Origin: Mustelus asterias
Taxonomy: Eukaryota
Reading direction: 5' to 3'
NCBI RefSeq assembly: GCF_964213995.1
Contig: NW_027590154.1
Coordinates: 620,001 to 684,000 of the forward strand
Length of the DNA: 64,000 nt
The notes beneath the pieces are model-generated. The model ran no database searches, was not told the origin of the DNA, and saw nothing but the letters and a program-made list of their open reading frames with translations. Numbering within the stretch: the stretch's first letter is position 1; every line of letters begins with the position of its first letter. Positions 24,585 to 36,242 of this stretch are shown here, one piece after another. A program made the position numbers and the translations under genes.

Positions 24585-27500
24585 CTGAGAATCTGACCAC
24601 AAATCCACATCATTACCAAGACCAGTTCCACCTCAGTAACATCACCCAACTCCAGTCTACTCCCAGTTCATCTGCTGCTGAAACCGTCACCCATTCCTTT
24701 GTTTTGTTTTAATTTATTATTGTCACATGTATTAACATACAGTGAAAAGTATTGTTTCCTGTGTGCTATACAGACAAAGCATACCGTTCATAGAGAAGGA
24801 AACGAGACTGTAGTGCTACAGTTATAGCTAGGGTGGAAAGAAAGATCAACTTAATGCAACGTAGGTCCATTCAAAAGTCTGATGGCAGCAGGGAAGAAGC
24901 TGTCCTCGAGTCGGTTGGTACGTGACCTCAGACTTTTGTATCTCTTTCCCGACGGAAGAAGGTGGAAGAGAGAATGTCGGGGGTGCGTGGAGTCCTTAAT
25001 TAAGCTGGCTGCTTTAGCAAGGCAGCAGAAAGTGTAGACAGAGTCAGTGGATGGGAGGCTGGTTTGAGTGATGGATTGGGCTACATTCATGACCTTCTGT
25101 AGTTCCTTGCGGTCTTGGGCAGAGCAGGAGCCATACCAAGCTGATGCTAATTCTTTCTATGGTGCATCTGTAAAAGTTGGTGAAAGTCACAGCTAACATG
25201 CCAAATTTCATAGTCATACAGGTTTACCGCATGGAAACAGGCCCTGAGGCCCAACTTGCCATGCTGCGCTTTTTTAAAAACCGCTAAGCTAGTCCCAATT
25301 GCCCGCAATTGGCCCTCATCCCTCTATACCCATCTTACCCATGTAACTGTCTAAACGTTTTTTAAAAGACAACATTGTACCCGCCTCTACTCCTACCTCT
25401 GGCAGTTTGTTCCAGACACTCGCCACCCTCTGCGTGAAAAAATTGCCCCTCTGGACACTTTTGTATTTCTCCCCTCTCAACTTAAACCTATGCCCTCTAG
25501 TTTTAGACTCCCCTACCTTTGGGAAAAGATATTGACTATCTAGCTCATCTATGCCTCTCATTATTTTATAGACCTCTATAAGATCACCCCTCAGCCTTCT
25601 ACGCTCCAGAGAAAAAAAGTCCCAGTCTATTCAGCTCTCCTTATAACTCAAACCATCAAGTCCCGGTAGCATCCTAGTAAATCTCTTCTGCACTCTTTCG
25701 AGTTTAATAATATCCTTTCTATAATAGGGTGACCAGAACTGAACACAGTATTCCAAGTGTGGCCTAACCAATGTCTTGTACAACTTCAACAACTCCTGTA
25801 TTCAATGTTCTGACCAATGAAACCAAGCATGCCGAATGCCTTCTTCACCACTCTGTCCACCTGTGACTCCACTGTCAATGAGCTATGAACCTGTACCCTG
25901 AGATCTCTTTGTTCTGTAACTCTCCCCAGTGGCCTACCATTAACTGAGTAAGTCCTGCCCTGGTTCAATCGACCAAAATGCATCACCTCACCTTTATCTA
26001 AATTAAACTTCATCTGCCATTTGTCAGCTCACTGACCCAATTGATCAAGATCCCGTTGCAATCCGAGATAACCTTCTTCACTGTCCACTATGCCACCAAT
26101 CTTGGTGTCATCTGCAAACTTACAAACCATGCCTCCTATATTCTCATCCAAATCATTAATATAAATGACAAAAAACAGTGGACCCAGCACCGAACCCTGA
26201 GGCACTCCGCTGGTCACAGGTCTCCAGTTTGGAAAACAACCTTCTACAACTACCCGCTGGCTTCTGTCATCAAGATAATTTTGTATCCATTTAGCTACCT
26301 CACCCTGGATCCCGTGAGATTTTCCTTAGTCTTCTGAGAAAGTAGAGGCGTTGGTGGGCTTTCTTAACTACAGTGTTGGCTTGGGGGGACCAGAACAGGT
26401 TGTTAATGATCTGGGCACCTAAAAACATGAAGCTTTCGACCATTTCTACTTCATCCCTGTTGATGTAGACAGGGCACTTTCTCCACTATGCTTTCTGAAG
26501 TCGATGACAATCTCCTTCATTTTGTTGACATTGAGGGAGAGATTATTGTTGTCGCACCAGTTCACCAGATTCTCGATCTCATTCCTGTACTCTGTCTCGT
26601 CATTGTTGGAGATCCGCCCACTACGGTGGTGTCACCAGCAAACCTGAAAATCGAGTTGGAGGGAAATTTAGCCACACAATCATAGGTGTATAAGGAGTAT
26701 AGTAAGGGCTGCGAACACAGCCTTGTGGGGCATCGGTGTTGAGGATGATCGTGGAGGAGGTGTTGTTGCCTATCCTTACTGATTGTGGTCTGTGGGTTAG
26801 GAAGTTCAGCATCCAGTCGCAGAGGGAGGAGCCGAGGTCCAAGCCACAGAGTTTGGAGATGGGTTTCGTGGGAATAATGATGTTGAAGGCTGAACTGTAG
26901 TCAATAAATAGGAGTCTGACATAGCTGTCTTTGTAATCTCGATGTTCCAGGGTTGAGTGCAGGGCCAGGGAATTGGCATCTGCTGTGGATTTGTTGGGCG
27001 GTAGGCGAACTGTATTGGATCCAGGCAGTCCGAGAGGCTAACCTTTTCATAATGATGGATGTTAGACCCACCGGACGAGAGCCATTAAGGCACGCTGCTT
27101 GGCTTTTCTTTCGTACTGAGATGATGGTCATCTTCTTGAAGCAGATAGGACCTCAGATTGTTGTAAAGAGAGGTTGATGATGTCTGCGAATACCCCATGC
27201 CAGCTGATCCATGCAGGTTCTGAGTGCTTGTTACCATCAGACTTAATAATTCTAACACACCCCTGGCCGGTCTCCCTCACTCAACCTGTCTATTAACTTG
27301 AGGTCATCACAATTCTGCTGCCCACGTGTTTACTCATTCCAAACCTTGTTCACCCACCACCCCTGCGCTACAAAGGCTGTTTATGAATCAACATTTTAAA
27401 TTTCTCATCCTTGTTCTCAAGTCCCTCCATGGTTTCACCCCTCCCCATGTCTGTAATCTCCTCTCGCCTCACAACCCTCCAATATCTCTGCATTCCTTTC

Positions 27501-27790
27501 ATTCCGGCTTCCTCAGCATTCACAGTTTTAATCACTCCATCATACGTGTCCCAGTTACCAAGGCCATAATCTTTGGAATTTCCCCCTAAACTGCTCCCCC
27601 TCTGTATCTTCCTTCCCCACCTTTAAGATACTCATTAAAACTACCTCTTTAACCAAGCCTTTACCCTTCCACCCTCATGTCTGCTCACATGACTCTATGT
27701 CAAATGTTGCTTTATAACACACCTGAGAAACACCTCAGAATGTTCCAGTACATGAACGATGCTGTATAAATACACATTGTAATTATTGAT
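24585..27790 (+). mobile_element. L2 fragment hosting a Rex1/Babar element (about 24705-27228, -), which in turn hosts a CR1 (25209-26321, -)
   Basis: L2 HAFVTSRLD-like coding sequence is split at ttgtt|ttgtt; Rex RT peptide [16 protein letters not shown]...APQGC; CR1 GVPQGSVLGP and FADD. Confidence 0.75.
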
Positions 27791-27925
27791 TTGGAGATGT
27801 ATCACTGTCCCTTCATCATCACTGGGTGAATAGCCTGTAACTCTTGACCTAAAGGGGAGCACCTTCACCACATGGACTGCAGCTGTTCAAGAAGATAAAA
27901 CATAATCTTCTCCACAGGTAATTTC

Positions 27926-28238
27926 ATAGAAACCCTACAGCACGAAAAGAGGCCATTCGGCCCATCGAGTCTGCACCAACCACAATCCCACCCAGGCCCT
28001 ATCCCCATATCCCTACATATTTTACCCGCTAATCCCTCTAACCCAGGACACTAAGGGGCAATTTTTTTTTAGCATTGCCAATCAACCTAACCCGCACATC
28101 TTTGGACTATGGGAGGAAACCGGAGCTCCCGGAGGAAACCCACGCAGACACGAGGAGACAGTGACACAAGCCGGGAATCGAACCCAGGTCCCTGGAGCTG
28201 TGAAGCAGCAGTGCTAACCACTGTGCTCCCGCGCCGCC
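27926..28238 (-). mobile_element. HE1/V-SINE-type SINE
   Basis: Head and catagaa tail. Confidence 0.88.
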
Positions 28239-28429
28239 CGTTTTGGGGATGGGAAATATTTTCTGTTGGTCTTGTTAGTGAAAAGACAGGGTAGTGGGAT
28301 GAGCTGATTCCCTTGTAGAGAACCAGCAAATGCATGACGGGTTAGTCATTTTCTGTAGTGCAATAATTCAATGTTTCTGTGGCTTAATGAAAAAGAGACC
28401 AATTCTGGAGGCCAGGAACTAACTTCTGG

Positions 28430-28900
28430 AATCAATGCCCACTGCCTCCTATGGAGGTGGTGGCTGCACATGCGTCCTGTTGCCCATTGCCCCCTATAAA
28501 GATGGCCACCGCCCTGCTGTCCATTGCCCCCAATAAATATGGCGGTCACGCTGCCCATTTTTCTCGAAAGATGGAGACTGCAAAATCGGTCAGGCAGGGC
28601 CTCGGGCGTCTTATTTGTGGTTTTAAGCTAATATCCGATGTTTATGAAAGCTCCGCTTCCTATACCGGGTGTTTATGAGTCCTCCCTTTTGACTCTCAGG
28701 CTCCATTTAATCTCACTCACCCGGTGTCTACAATCAGTTTCTGGTCTCCCTGCTGCTCCGACACCATCCGTCCACTGCCTGCACCGCACTGCGCATGCTC
28801 CAGTCAGAGAGGCACTGAGCCTGCGCAATGATCTCCTGTATTGAAGATAGGGTATCGTCACCCTCTCGGTGCACGCTGGGTAATGGCACCGCCATTGCCA
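28430..28900 (-). promoter_or_regulatory. CpG-rich promoter, probably for the ZNF at 24203 (-)
   Basis: Repeated YY1-like aagatgg/aatatggcgg; actgcgcatgctc at about 28788; gggtgtttatgagtcctccc. Confidence 0.6.
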
Positions 28901-29859
28901 CTTGATATTGTCAAATACAAATACATCTTTTGTGGTCCATGATCATAATGACTGGCCTGGCCGAGAATGGCTTACTCCTGTTCCTATTTTCTATGAAAAT
29001 ATATTTAAACAGGCTTATTTTAAATTACTTAACACCTTTCTTGAAATAGTGTGCACAGTGTAATTACCACAATCATTTGTCAGTCTGGAAATTTAAACCT
29101 GCTGTTTCACTTTCAGTCAGGAACACGTCCCAGTTTCACACTAATCTTTGATTTGACAGCACATTTCCAGCCTTCACCGTTGTTCAAAATTTTTGCAAAC
29201 TCTTGGCAGCTGTGACAGAATTTGTAAAGACAGAAACAGAGTCAATGTTTCCAGTCCAATATGACTCTTCAGTTCCAAAACATTTGCTCTGTTTCTGCAG
29301 AGATGCTACCAAACCTGCTGAGTTTTTCTTGCTTTGTTTTTATTTCCGATTTCCAGCATCTGTAATATTTTGATTTTCTTTCAGAATTATTCACCTGACT
29401 CGAAACATAGTTATAAAAGAGCCTTCTGTTCCATGTTTAGGAGCTCTGGACTATAGAAAAGAGCAGTTGGGACACATTTCTTACACACCTCAGGATTAAC
29501 CCACTTTGCTGTCAGTGAAGAGAGATGAGAAAGTCCAAAGTGCTGTTTGTCCCTCTCAGTGTGACCCTATGGCAGGAACAGACTGCAGTTCTGTTCCTGC
29601 TGTGTGAACCACCCCCAGATTGCCCCTTCTGCGCTCCAGCCGGCAATGTTAAACATTCAGCTGGGAAAGATGAACATCTGCAACAATGTATTCAAATATC
29701 ACTGTTTTATTTCACATTTATTTAGAATATTAAACTCCAGTCCAGTTACAGGGATTATTAACATAATCAGAAACAAACTCCAAATATCAGAATGAACATA
29801 GTCCAGTCCTGAATGTGATTCACAGCAGCAGCAATAACAGCAGAATCCAGCCCCTGTAG

Positions 29860-30545
29860 TAACTTATGAACTTGCTGGTGTGTCAGAATGTGAGGTAACC
29901 AAATGAATCTCTTCTCACATGGAGCAAGTGAACAGCCTGTGAATGTGTTTGTGTATCAGCAGATACATTTTGCATTTAAATCTCTGCTCACAGTCAGAAG
30001 TTTGAAAAAGTTCCTTATCAGTGTGAACAAGTTGATGTGCAGTGAAGTGGGATGACTGAGTAAATCTCGTGTTAAACATGGAGCAGGTGAATAGCCTCTC
30101 CCAGAGTGAGTGCACTGGTGGACACTGAGTTCACATGACCAGCTGAACCCAGTCCCATAGTGAGAGACTCTGGATGGCCTGCTGTCAGTGTGAACCTGCT
30201 GATAGCACATCAGATTCATAGAAATTTTAAAACATTTCCCACAATCCAGACATTTAAAACTTATTCCATCAGTGTGAACTCACTGGTGTGTTAACAAAAT
30301 GAATGAATCAGTGAATTGCTTCCCACACATGGAGCAGGTGAATGACCTCTCCCTGGTGCGAACTCTCTGCTGTTGCTGCAGGATGGACAATCACCTGAAC
30401 CTCTTCCTGCACTGAGAGCAGATGAGTGGAGTGGAACGGAGTGAATGCACTGGTGAACCATCAGTGAATGTGGGTTTTTAAAGCTCCTGTCACAGTCTCA
30501 GCATTTAAATCCTCTCTCTGCAGTATGAACCCACTGGTGTGTGTG
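29860..30545 (-). pseudogene. Heavily decayed C2H2 ZNF array with intact 3'UTR block
   Basis: Fragmentary fingers with stops and indels; 3'UTR block at 29725-29862; 5' part replaced by L2 and CR1 sequence. Confidence 0.8.
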
Positions 30546-30549
30546 GAGA

Positions 30550-30760
30550 CTGGATGGAGAAAAGTGGGAGTTCGGGGCTCAGACAAGAGGGATGTTTAGA
30601 GACAGTTTGGCCCGTTGGGCTAATGGAATGGAGCAAAGCAGCAGAGACAGCTGATTGGATTATCTCAATCTTAGTGACAAAGCATTTCCATGAGCTCCTC
30701 ACACTTGTTGTTGGAGGTGAGGATGGAGGAAACAGGGGAGAGCCCTTCAAAAGGAACTGA
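30550..30760 (-). mobile_element. L2-like fragment, homologous to 170-290 (+)
   Basis: ccatcctcacctccaacaa-aagtgtgaggagctcatgga is shared between the two sites. Confidence 0.5.
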
Positions 30761-30804
30761 CTTGTATTAGAGTTATTAAAAATATTCACGATGTGAATAT
30801 TTTT

Positions 30805-32058
30805 CGAACTTGATCGAGTTTTTCGAGGAAGTGACGAAGATGATTGATGAGGATAGGGCAGTGGATGGTGTCTACATGGACTTCAGTAAGGCCTTTGACA
30901 AGGTCCCTCACGGCAGACTGGTGCAGAAAGTGAAGTCGCATGGGATCAGAGGTGAGCGAGCAAGGTGGATACAAAACTGGCTCAGTCAAAGAAGACAGAG
31001 GGTAGAAGGGGAAGGATGTGTTTCTGAATGGAGGGCTGTGACAAGTGGTGTTCCTCAGGGATCAGTGCTGGGACCTTTGCTGTTTGTAATATATATAAAT
31101 GATTTGGAGGAAAATGTAACTGGTTTGATTAGTAAGTTTGCGGACGACACAAAGGTTGGTGGATTTGCGGATAGCGATGAGGACCATCAGAGGATACAGC
31201 AGAATATAGATCAGTTGGAGACTTGGACGGAGAGATGGCAGATGGAGTTCAATCTGGACAAATGTGAGGTAATGCATTTTGGAAGGTCTAATACAGATGG
31301 GAAATATACAGTAAATGGCAGAACCCTTAAGAGTATTCATAGGCAAAGGGATCTGGGTGTACGGGTACACAGCCCACTGAAAGTGGCAATGCAGGTGGAG
31401 AAGGTCGTCAAGAAGGCATATGGCATGCTTGCCTTCATCGGCCGGGGTATTGAGTTTAAAAATTGGCAAGTCATGTTGCAGCTTTATAGAACCTTAGTTC
31501 GACCGCACTTGGAATATAGTGTTCAATACTGGTCGCCACACTACCAGAAGGATATGGAGGCTTTGGAGAGGGTATAGAAAAGATTTACCAGGATGTTGCC
31601 TGGTATGGAGGGCATTCGCTATTTGGAGAGGTTGGAGAAACTTGGTTTGTTCTCACTGGAGTGACAGAGGTTGAGGGGAGACCTGATAGAAGTCCTACAA
31701 GATTATGAGAGGCATGGACAGAGTGGATAGTCAGAAGCTTTTTCCCAGGGTGGAAGAATCAATTACTAGGGGGCATAGGTTTAAGGTGCGAGGTGCAAGG
31801 TTTAAAGGAGATGCACGAGGCAGATTTTTTACGCAGAGAGTAGTGGGTGCCTGGAACCCGTTGCCGGGGGTGGTAGTGGAAGCGGATACGGTAGTGACTT
31901 TTAAGGGGCATCTTGACAAGTACATGAAAAGGATGGAAATAGACAGATATGGTCCCCGGAAGGGTAGGGGGTTTTAGTTAAGTCAGGCAGCATGGTCGGT
32001 GCAGGCTTGGAGGGCCAAAGGGCCTGCTCCTGTGCTGTAATTTTCTTTGTTCTTTGAT
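30805..32058 (+). mobile_element. 5'-truncated CR1
   Basis: 255-aa RT ORF, later stops and a frameshift, ttctttg tail. Confidence 0.92.
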
Positions 32059-32079
32059 GTTTAACACAAATCTGGAATA

Positions 32080-32348
32080 CCTAAGTGCAGAAGGAGGCCA
32101 TTTGGCCCATTGAGCATACACTGATAACAATCCCACCCAGGCCCTATCCCCGTAACTCCATGTATTTGCCCTGCTAATCCCCCTGACAATGAGGAGCCAC
32201 TTAGCATGGCCAATCAACCTGACCCACAAACCTTTGGACTGTGGGAGGAAATCCACGCAGACTGTCATCCGGCATTCCAGGGCTGGAATTGAACTTGAGT
32301 CCCTAGCACTGTGAGGCAGCAGTGCCAACAACTGTTACCGTGCCGCCC
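32080..32348 (-). mobile_element. HE1/V-SINE-type SINE
   Basis: accgtgccgccc head end; internal deletion. Confidence 0.8.
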
Positions 32349-32431
32349 TGAAATGGAGTTTATTAGCATCAGCAGAAACAGAGCCCAATGAATATGGTTC
32401 ATTTCTGGATGTAATTGATGGCAAAATCCAC

Positions 32432-33782
32432 TCACTTGTGAACTCGCTGGTGTGTCAGCAGATTGGATGAATGAGCGAATCCCTTTCCACATTCTGAGCA
32501 GGTGAATGGCCTCTCCCCAGTGTGAGTGCGCTGGTGTACAGTGAGGTGACATAATTCTCTGAATGCAGTCCCACAATCAGAGCACCTGAACGGTCTCTCC
32601 CCAGTGTGAACGCGTTGATGGGACACCAGACTGCTGGAAATTTTAAAGCCCTTCCCGCAGTCTGGACATTTAAAAGGTCTCTCCTCAGTGTGAACTCGTT
32701 GATGGCGTACCAGTTCCCCTGAACTTTTAAAGCATTTCCCACATTCTGGGCATTTAAAAGGTCTCTCCTCAGTATGCGTGCGCTGATGTGATGTGAGGGC
32801 AGGTGATGTCTTGAACCCAATCCCACAGTGAGAGCACCTGAACGGGGTCTCATCAGTGTGAATACGTTGATGGCACAGCAGCTTCGCAGAACTTTTATAG
32901 CACTTCCCACATTCTGGGCATTTAAATGGTCTCTCAGTCGTGTGAACTTGCTGGTGTGTCAGCAAGTTGGTGGACTGACTGAATCCCTTCCCACATTTGG
33001 AGCAGATGTAAGGTTTCTCGTGAGTGTGAACTCGCTGGTGTCTCTGCAGACTAGATGAGTGAGTGAATCTCTTCCCACATTGAGAGCAGGAGAATGGCCT
33101 CTCCCCAGTGTGAATGCGCTGGTGTACAGACAGGTTACTCAATTGCCTGAATGCAGTGCCACACTGAGAGCATCTGAAAGGTCTCTCATCAGTGTGAGTG
33201 CGCTGGTGTTTAGTTAGGGCAGAGGATGTCTTGAACCCACTCCTGCAGTGAGAGCATCTGAAAGGTCTCTCGTCAGTGTGAACACGTTGATGGGACATGA
33301 GTTCCCCAGCACTTTTAAAGCACTTCCCAGTCAGGGCATTTAAAAGGTCTGTCCTCAGTGTGAACCCGCTGGTGTGCGAGCAGGTTAGGTGACCTTGAGA
33401 ATCTCTTCCCACACTCGGAGCAAATGAATGGCTTCTCCCCAGTCTGAACTCGCTGGCGTTTCATCCCACACTCAGAGGAGGTCATTGGCCTCTTCCCACT
33501 GTGAACTTGCTGGTGTCTCAGCAAGTTGGTTAACTGAGTGAATCCCTTCCCACAGTCGGAGCAGATGAATGGTTTTTCCCCAGTGTGACTGCGGCAACGC
33601 ATTTCCAGGTGAGATGGGGATTGGAATCTCTTCCCACAGTCCTCACATTTCCATGGTTTCTTCCTGGTGTGACTGCGATTGTGTATCGACAGGTAAGATA
33701 ATCGGCTGAAGCCTCTTCCACACACAGAACACATGTACGGTTTCTCCCCAGTGTGAACGGTGCTTTTTCCTGCCATGTTCAA
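32432..33782 (-). pseudogene. C2H2 ZNF, about 16 finger units, with a 2-nt frameshift at about 33328
   Basis: ORFs 33315-33782 and 32432-33412 join if gt is restored in gac(tg)tgggaag; acceptor tttcacag at about 33880. Confidence 0.78.
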
Positions 33783-34217
33783 AATCTGATGATATTTACG
33801 TTGTGATAAGTTGTGTGACTGTCAGTTCCAGATGTGATGTTTGGTTTGAATCTCCTGACTCCAAGCCCTCCCGAAACCCTGTGAAATTGATTTAAAACAG
33901 AAAAAAGGGAGTGAGAGAGAACCCACAAAAACAGGTTGTGAAATTGAGCTGAATGAACCTGGTAATTTGTGGGGCCGGCATGAGGAAAACGTGACCATGA
34001 AAGCTGCCGGATTGTTGTAAAAACTCAACTGGTTCACTAATTTCCTTCAGGGAAAGGGGTGAGAAGGAGAAGATGGAAGAGGCAGGGGGAGTCATAGCTA
34101 CAATCAACCAGGACTTCTTTAAAATCTCCCAAACCCTCAACCTCTATCACTTAGAGAGACCAGGGTAACAGGAGTCTGAACATCATCACTGGCACTCTCA
34201 CACTGTCCTGACTGAAG

Positions 34218-34695
34218 GTTGACCAGGATGTTGCCTGGTCTCGAGGGGGTCAGCGATGAGGAGTGGTTGAATAAACTAGGATTGTTTTCACTGCAAAGAT
34301 GGAGGCAGAGGGGAGATCTGATAGAGGTCTACAAAATTCTGAAAGGCATAGACAGGGTGGATAGTCAGACACTTTTTCCCAGGGTGGAAGCGTCAATTAC
34401 AAGGGGGCACAGGTTCAAGGTAAGAGGGGGGAAGTTTAAGGGAGATGTGCGGGGGGGGGAAGTTTTTCATGCAGAGAGTGGGGTGCCTGGAACATGCTGC
34501 AGAGGAGGTGGTGGAAGCAGGCACATTAGCAACATTTAAGAGGCATCTGGATGGGTACATGAATAAGGAGGGAATAGAGGGATACGGACCAAGTAAGGGC
34601 AGAAGATACTTTTTGGATAATTTAGGGCACCACGATCAGCACGGGCTTGGAGGCCGAAGGATCTATTCCTGTGCTGCATTTTCTTTGTTCTTTAA
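34218..34695 (+). mobile_element. 5'-truncated CR1
   Basis: TRMLPGLEG...GLFSL...RGHRFKVRG. Confidence 0.88.
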
Positions 34696-34989
34696 TGCTT
34701 ATGGCATCCAGTACTGGATGAACAGAAATTTCGTTTGTGTACTATCCAGATCCGAATGAATCCGGAGATTCTATCAATGTTGACGTGACGCTTGGCTTGA
34801 AATTCCCGTTGACAAATCCTCCCCCTCTAACTCCCTCAGTGCACCCGAACAGGCGCTAGAATGTGGCGACTAGGGGATTTTCACAATAACTTCAATGCAG
34901 TGTCAATGTAAGCCTACTTGTGACACTAATAAACAAACTCTAAACGCTGTAAAAGGAGTTTCAAAATCCATCACTGTCGTCCCAGGACA

Positions 34990-35345
34990 GACATTCACAA
35001 TCTCTCCTCCTGCTGGCAGGGAGCACTGCACATGCGCATTGCTGCACCTTGCCTCGGCAAAGATGGCGGCTGTTCTTCCGGGTTTGTATCCGCGGGAAGA
35101 GGAGCGGCTCAGGACAAACTCGGGACTGGCCTGGAACCTTCTTAATCGAGGTTTGCAGCCTTCACTGGGTGTTTATGAATGCTTTCCGCCCTCCCTTTGC
35201 GCCAATCTCTCCCTTGGACACGTCACTTCCTTACCCGCCGCAAGGACAAGAAACAGGGAACTCCCGATTGCCAGCACGCCACTGCGCAAGCTCAGAACAT
35301 GGTCTGTACTGCGCCTGCGCGGAGTTCCTCTGTTGCCTGTGAAGG
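34990..35345 (-). promoter_or_regulatory. CpG-rich promoter for the ZNF at 33782 (-)
   Basis: YY1 aagatggcggc at about 35059; NRF1-like catgcgca and tgcgcctgcgc; cacgtcacttcc; minus-strand donor at cttacc about 35230. Confidence 0.7.
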
Positions 35346-35346
35346 G

Positions 35347-35525
35347 ATGAGGTGGAGATGCCGGCGTTGGACTGGGGTAAACACAGTAAGAAGTCTCACA
35401 ACACCAGGTTAAAGTCCAACAGGTTTATTTGGAATCACCAGCTTTTGGAGCGCTGCTCCTTCATCAGGTGAGCGACTCACCAAATGAAGGAGCAGCGCAC
35501 CAAAACCTCGTGATTCCAAATAAAC
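35347..35525. mobile_element. Penelope-derived mini element with an internal inverted repeat of about 50 bp
   Basis: gtttatttggaatcac...tcaggtgag and ctcacc...gtgattccaaataaac. Confidence 0.7.
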
Positions 35526-35529
35526 ATTT

Positions 35530-36065
35530 TCCCCTGTATTCTGTGGCTATGATTCATCTTTCGTTCCCTCACCCTGCAGTATAAATATCTCCCACTTTCT
35601 CTGCCTTTTAGCTTTGACAAAGGGTTATCCGGACTCGAAACGGCATGGTGACATAGCGGTTAGCACTGTTGCCTCACAGCACCAGGGACCGGGTCCAATT
35701 CCTGGCTTGGGTCATTGTCTGTGTGGAATTTGCACGTTCTCTCCATGTCTGCATGGGTTTCCTCGGGTGCTCTGGTTTCCTCCCACAGTCCAAAAGATGT
35801 GCAGGTTAGGTGCATTGGCCATGCTGAATTTCCCGTTTGTGTTCCGGGATGTGCAGGTTAGAGGGATAAGGGGGGTAAATATGTGGGGTTGTGGGGATAG
35901 GGCTTGGGTGGGATTGTTGTCGGTGCAGACTCGATGGGCCTAATAGCCTCTCTCTGCACTATAGGTATTCTATGTTTCTATGAAACATCAGCTCTTTTCT
36001 CTCCTTACAGATGCTGCCAGAGCTGAGAAGATTTTCCAGCATTTTCTCTTTTGGTTTCAGATTCA
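35530..36065 (+). mobile_element. Penelope-end fragment interrupted by an HE1-type SINE (35641-35982)
   Basis: ttgacaaagggttatccggactcgaaac|SINE|gaaacatcagctc...acagatgctgccag; gaaac is duplicated. Confidence 0.7.
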
Positions 36066-36242
36066 CAAATAGCTTATGATCATTCTTTTGCTTTTATCGG
36101 GTACAGGCTGGGACTGAATGGCCAACTATGAAATTAGGAAACAGATCACAGGGAGAATGTGTGGAGTCTGTATGGAAGTCACTCATTCTCCCCGTAACTG
36201 CATGGGTTTCCTCTGGGTGCTCCACTTTCCTCCCAGAGTCAA